Assembly: GCF_032191835.1 (NCBI RefSeq)
Contig: NC_083237.1
Location: 1,116,001-1,180,000, forward strand
Direction: 5' to 3'
DNA: 64,000 nt
Origin: Heteronotia binoei
Taxonomy: Eukaryota
Below, in pieces: positions 58,762 to 64,000 of this stretch (positions are counted from its first letter, which is position 1; every line of letters begins with the position of its first letter). The translations under genes were made by a program, and so were the position numbers. Below the pieces are notes generated by a model. It was not told the origin of the DNA. It did no database searches and saw only the letters and a program-made list of their open reading frames with translations.

Positions 58762-58900
58762 CTCGGAAGCAGCCACGGGTGTAGTTTGCCACTGCACAGG
58801 TCAGCTCGCCGGAGCAGCTGCTGGGCTCGCACACCAGCCTCCCCGTGCCCTGGCAGGTGCAGCGCTGCAAGCAGTCCTCTGTCACGAACGTGTCATTGAT
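58762..58900 (-). CDS. ZAN: Zonadhesin TILa/VWC-like exon
   Basis: INDTFVTEDCLQRCTCQGTGRLVCEPSSCSGELTCAVANYTRGCFR; phase 0/1. Confidence 0.88.
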
Positions 58901-58999
58901 CTGCGGGGGGGGAGGGAGAGGTGGAGGGACTCAGTGCTACATGACTCCTGAGAAGCTTCCCAAGCTGTATCAGAACACCTCAAATAGATGTTGGAAGTC

Positions 59000-60215
59000 T
59001 TAGAAAACAATTGGTTCTTTCTATCATATGTGGTGGCAATGCGAAAAGGCGAGAAGTTATTGGACTCAAATACACACCTGGCTACACAAAATACTTAAAA
59101 TAAATATAAACCACCTACCCAAACTTTTATCTTTTGAGTATATGTCAAACCCCTATTTCTAAGACACAAGCTAGATTCTTGGTTCATGCAACTACGGCTG
59201 CAAGAATTATATATGCTAGGTACTGGAAGACACCACAAATACCTAAGGAAAGAAGAATTTGTGCAAAAACTTGGAAATAGTTGATGTGGCGGAACCGGCC
59301 CGATTCTGCCTTCAGACCCGGTCCCGTCAGCTCCCTATGGAGTCGCCAACTCCTGGAGGGAGCTATTTCTCCTCCTGCCCCTTGGGCGCGCTGCCACCAC
59401 CTGCTCAGTCCCGGGGTTCAGACTGAGAGGAACAGGACTCCCAATCCCCCTCTCCTGCTATGAGGCCAGGCCTCAAGGTCCTCTGCCACCCTGTACTTGG
59501 GTTTCACAGAGACCTCAGCACTTCTTTGGGGCACCCCTGGAGGATTGGCACCTTATCCAACTGCATGCCTTCCTCCTTCCCCGGGGCCCCCTTCTTAACA
59601 CAGCGTGGTCTAAAGCGGTCTGCGGATCTAGGTGGTACAGAGATTGCCAGTATTTAAAACAGAAAAAACATTTATTTAAAAGAGAAAACGACAGGGAAAG
59701 AAAAACAAAACAAAAACAGTTGCCTTTAAAAAGTTAGCACAGCACAGCACAGCACACGCACAGCAAACAGCCTGACAAACAAAATGTGTTATAAACGCGT
59801 CCTGCTGGCCCTGATCTAAACTTGTCCTGTCTTGTGAATTACTTACTTAGTCTGCCTGCCTGGGGCCTCCCAGGCAGGAGCCTCCATTGCTCACCACATG
59901 CTCGCTCGAGCGCTGGCTTCCAACTCCCCTTCTCTTCCTGCTAACACACATGCCAAGAACAAAAGCACTTCCTGCCTCTCTAGGAGATTTTCCCCCTAGC
60001 GTTGTTGGTTTGGCTCTGGAAGGGAGGGGGGGAGTGAGGGGAAGGCTACAAAGCCTGCTGAGGGATTTACTGACCCCTGCCAAATGAAGCACCACCACTG
60101 ACTAAAATGGCGTTTCTCCACAGTTGAAATGGACTTTCTTTCAGCCAAATTGCTTGCAACAAAGTTAAATCAATGTAAAGAAGTTTGGCAGCCTGTATAT
60201 GATTGGTTGAGTATG
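59000..60215 (+). mobile_element. Old L1 ORF2 3' remnant split by a solo LTR
   Basis: TTAARIIYARYWKTPQIP..(LEIVE)MDFLSAKL..VWQPVYDWL reads through once 59285-60122 and one GTTGA are removed. Confidence 0.7.
59285..60122 (-). mobile_element. Solo LTR (838 bp), TGTGG...CCACA, 5-bp TSD GTTGA
   Basis: TSD 59280-59284 and 60123-60127; minus-strand TATA about 59790 and AATAAA about 59675. Confidence 0.82.
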
Positions 60216-61385
60216 TAGAAATAGTAGTAATAAAGGAGAGGGGTGATGGAAAAGGAGGTTTGATGAAACCGACAGAAGAACTTAGAATTAGATCAAAGTT
60301 CTCTTCCCCCAAAATGTTCGTTTATGTGGGGTTTTTTATTGTCTTTGTTTTTTGCATTGTTATAATGTTTGTGCTATTGTTATTGTGTTGTTGTTTCTGT
60401 TTGTCGTATATCATTTAAAAAAAATAAAATACTTGAAGAGGAGAGACACAGTGCTGCCCCAGGAAAGGCCCAGCCCTTTGCCTGCCCACGGGACTCCCTG
60501 CCCACACAACGCTTGTGTCGCAAATCCTGTAGTGCAGAAAGAAGCCCCGAATGCAGCCCCCAGCTGGTGCCAGGAGTTCTGCCTGCCAGAATTGGTTATT
60601 CCACAGGGGCAGCCTTGTTAGTTTGCAGCAGGGACAGCAAAGGATGAGCCTAGTGGCGCCTTCAAGACTGACACACTGGATGCAACTGGAGCCTCGGTGG
60701 GCTGCCATCTGCGTCAACAGATGTGTGAAGTGAATTCTCAGTCTGCAAGGTCGATACTCTCAAGCATACAAGTTATTTCTAATATGAAGCTGTATCATTC
60801 GTATTGTTACTTTGCTACTGCTGCATATCAAAGCTATGTAAACCCTTCCTTAGTTCCCACCTTCTGTAACAAGTGCAGGAATGCCCGCTTTGAAGATAGC
60901 GCCTCCCGAGACAGTTCCCAAGCTCCAGCCTGGGACTCAGGATGTTTCTAACCGCAAAAGATAGTCACGTGCATAGTTGTAGTAATTCACACACTCATGA
61001 TAGAATTCCAAGTTATCTCTACTGTTCTCTTTGATGTACTCCTTAAAGCCAGATGCCATACACTGAAATGTATCACTTTCAAGTTGTTCCATCTATGAGC
61101 ACAATAGATTATCAATAAACTAATGCTTGACAGATACACGGGGAGAGGAACGTTTGTGTACTCCTGAGATAATCAAAAGACCTCACATTGGATGCTCCTG
61201 TGCAAAACTGAAGAGGATGCAGAAGAGCGTGGCAGTTGCAGAGCATGGGAACAGGCAACGTGGTTATGCTCAACAATTCAGCATCCCTAGGAGGAGTTCT
61301 ACTTCAGCCATTCCCATGTCATACTGTTCTCTTCTCCTTAGCTGGAGAATGCTGATTTCCTGTCCCACAGCCATGTGTTAAGAAA

Positions 61386-62060
61386 CTCAGAAGACCCCTG
61401 CTGGGTCAGACCAGGGAGGGTCCATCAAGCCCCCTGTCTCACATAGTGACCACCCAGTTCCTCTGGAGGGCCAGCAACAGGGCAGAGAGGCTGAGGCCTT
61501 CCCCTGAGAAGAACCTCAGAAGAGCCCTGCTGGATCAGACCAGTGAGAGCATCTAGTCCAGCCTCCTGTCTCACACAGTGGCCAACCAGTTCCTCTGGAG
61601 GGCCAGCAACAGGGCAGAGAGGCTGAGGCCTTCCCCTAAGAAGAACCTCAGAAGAGCCCTGCTGGATCAGACCAGGAAGGGTCCATCCAGTCCTGCCTTC
61701 TGTCTCACAAAGGGGCCAACCAGTTCCTCTGGAAGGCCAACAACAGGGCAGAAAGGCTGAGGCCTTCCCCTGAGAAGAACATCAGAAGAGCCCTGCTGGA
61801 TCAGACCAGGGAGGGTCCATCCATTCCAGCCTCCTATCTCACACAGCGACAGTTCCTTTGGAGGGTCAGCAAAAGAACTTAGAGGCTGAAGCCTTCCCTG
61901 GATGTTGCCCCCTGGCTCTGGGAAGGTGACTGCCTCCAAGCGGGGAGGTTCCCCACAGAGAGACTTCTCCTCCATGAATCCAATTCCCTTGTAAGGCGGA
62001 CTCTGCCTGCGGCCATCACTACATCCTCTTGCAATGAATTCCATATTTTAATCACTCCCT
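61386..62060 (-). mobile_element. CR1 3' end (third type) with about 4 tandem 129-134-bp 3' UTR units
   Basis: SQGVIKIWNSLQEDVVMAA at about 61990-62050; unit starts 61386, 61515, 61647, 61781. Confidence 0.75.
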
Positions 62061-62345
62061 GACTAAAGCCTTTCCTTTTGTCTGCCCATCCCCTTCCTCT
62101 TGTGAAGAGCTGGTGGGAGCCTGTGGACACATTCCGGTAGTGGAGAACCTTCTCCAGGGGAAGGAGTGATTATGTGAGGGGGAGACGTCTTCCATGGGGG
62201 AAAACATCTTTTCCCCCATGGATCCAGGGGATGGCAACTGAGAGCGTCCTGGGGGAGTCTCTTCGTTTGCTCTCCCCTCACCTGCCACCCACTCGATCGT
62301 CTCCCTCATTTCTGCCGGCCCTCCCCCTCCACTCGGAGCTCCCAC

Positions 62346-62545
62346 CTGGTGATACTGGCTGTCGGCCGTGCAGCCGCACTGGTCAAAGGGGACGCTCTCC
62401 AGCCCGCTGAGGACGTAGCCGAGGTTGCTGGCGCATCCTTCCACACACGGCGCATCGCAATCCGAGGGGGCAGCCATGTTGGCGCAAGTGGCCGGGCAGG
62501 CCGTCATGCAGGAGCTGTAGGCGGTGTGAGGCGGACATGACATCT
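62346..62545 (-). CDS. ZAN: Zonadhesin, last TIL-domain exon
   Basis: MSCPPHTAYSSCMTACPATCANMAAPSDCDAPCVEGCASNLGYVLSGLESVPFDQCGCTADSQYHQ; AG/GT flanks; GCASxxG and xSxP (two Cys replaced by Ser) pattern as I recall for the human ZAN terminal partial D domain. Confidence 0.85.
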
Positions 62546-62929
62546 CTGGGGGGAGGGAAAGGGGGGGCAGGATTTAAAAGTCAGAAATTTTCCTCGCGGT
62601 GCTATGGCCACAGCACTACTAGGGCCCCTCTGAGACCGACAAGGTTTTATTTTGAGCATCAGCTTTCCCATTGAGGAGGAGGAGAGGAGGTTGGTTGGTT
62701 TTATACCCTGCCCTTTACTACCTGAAGGAGTCTCAGAGCAGCCTACAAGCTTTATAAGATTATAAAGGTGATAAATTTCCCTTGGTCTGATTCGGGACTA
62801 AGGGCATAATAAGTAAATGTGAAGAAACTCAGATCTTAATTCCTTCTTTTAAACTCTAATTGCTTCTTTTTGGGTGGTGTTTTTTATTGCCTTTTTCTTT
62901 TTTATTATTATTTGTACAAAAATTCTAAT

Positions 62930-63135
62930 GCAGATATTTTCCACCTTCCTCTTCCCACAACAAACACCCTGTGAAGTTGGTGGGGCTGAGAGAGCTCTCC
63001 GAGAACTGCTCTTGAGCAGAACAGCTCTGAGAGAACTGGAACTGGCCGAAGGTTACTCAGCTGGCTGCATGTAGAGGAGGAGAGGGGAATCAAAACTGGT
63101 TCCCCAGATTACAGTCCACTGTTTTTAGCCACCAC
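62930..63135 (-). mobile_element. Squam3-like SINE variant
   Basis: CAACAAACACCCTGTGAAG..GGGAATCAAAACTGG..CCACCACACC. Confidence 0.6.
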
Positions 63136-63379
63136 ACCGGCTCTCGTGAAAGCTTGTGCACACAAAAGCTTATACCCAGCACAAAACTCTTCCAGAGTAC
63201 TGTTGGCATTTGGATTTGTTTATTTGGAATACCATATTTGGCTCTAGTGTTCTACTGAAACTGTGCTCCAAATCTGTTTTAAACAGAAAAAATTGAAGCC
63301 AGGAATTCCTAGATTTGGGGTTTTATCTGGCCTTCAGGCACCAGCGATCCCCTTCCTCAGGACAGTCACAGAGAGAAGA

Positions 63380-64000
63380 AGAAGAATTGCAGATTTATAC
63401 CCTGCCCTTCTCTCTGAATCAGAGACTCAGAGCTGCTTACGATCTCCTTTATCTTCCTCCCCCACAACAGACACCCTCTGAGGTGGGTGGGGCTGAGAGA
63501 GCTCTCCCAGAAGCTGCTCTTTGAAGGACAACTCCTGCGAGAGCTATGGCTGACCCAAGGCCATTCCAGCAGCTGCAAGTGGAGGAGTGGAGAATCAAAC
63601 CCGGTTCTCCCAGATGAGAGAGCTCTGGCTGACCCAAGACCATTCCAGCAGCTGCAAGTGGAGGAGTGGAGAATCAAACCTGGTTCTCCCAGATAAGAGA
63701 GCTCTGGCTGACCCGAGGCCATTCCAGCAGGTGCAAGTGGAGGAATGGGGAATCAAACCCGGTTCTCCCAGATAAGAGAGCTCTGGCTGACCCAAGGCCA
63801 TTCCAGTAGGTGCAAGTGGAGGAGTGGGAAATCAAACCCGGTTCTCCCAGATAAGAGAGCTCTGGCTGACCGAAGGCCATTCAAGCAGCTGCAAGTGGAG
63901 GAGTGGAGAATCAAACCCGGTTCTCCCAGATAAGAGAGCTCTGGCTGACCCAAAGCCATCTCAGCAGCTGCAAGGGGAGGAGTGGGGAATCAAACCCGGT
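63380..64000 (-). repeat. Squam3-like SINE with at least 6 x 79-bp head units, running off the window end
   Basis: Near-identical ORFs at 63595, 63674, 63753 (79-bp period). Confidence 0.88.

Noticed and set aside
60516-61132. TGTC...GACA-bounded stretch with AATAAA, possible solo LTR
   Set aside because: No matching TSD found and no second copy in the window; left unclassified.
62346-62545. Paired loss of two TIL-domain cysteines (GCASNLG, LESVP)
   Set aside because: The same pattern is, as I recall, present in the human ZAN terminal domain; useful for orthology, not novel.
63140-63200. Further Penelope hammerhead-like remnants (also 49570-49625)
   Set aside because: Too degenerate or truncated; the CUGANGA half is missing.

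Overview
GC-rich vertebrate genomic DNA. The tRNA-derived SINE, CR1 and L1 content points to a squamate reptile, probably a gecko (inference). The window is homologous to the human 7q22 ZAN-SLC12A9-SRRT-UFSP1 cluster. Five genes can be assembled by hand with phase-consistent splice junctions: SRRT/ARS2 (+, 19 coding exons, 856 aa), a two-coding-exon GT31 (B3GNT/B3GALT-like) glycosyltransferase I cannot assign to a named orthologue (-, 343 aa), UFSP1 (-, 223 aa), SLC12A9 (-, 13 coding exons, 931 aa, one U12-type intron) and the 3' end of zonadhesin ZAN (-). Introns and intergenic DNA are dense with SINEs, CR1 and L1 fragments, solo-LTR-like elements, hAT MITEs and Penelope-derived palindromes. 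I see no unambiguous new biological system. The best candidates are: (1) Penelope-derived fold-back elements with hammerhead-ribozyme cores, one probably inside the SLC12A9 3' UTR; (2) recurrent tandem amplification of retroelement segments (CR1 3' UTRs of three types and two SINE families); (3) the unassigned GT31 gene; (4) an orphan 81-bp copy of the SLC12A9 U12 exon/intron junction with a mutated donor. Comparisons with human proteins and gene order are from memory and need checking.
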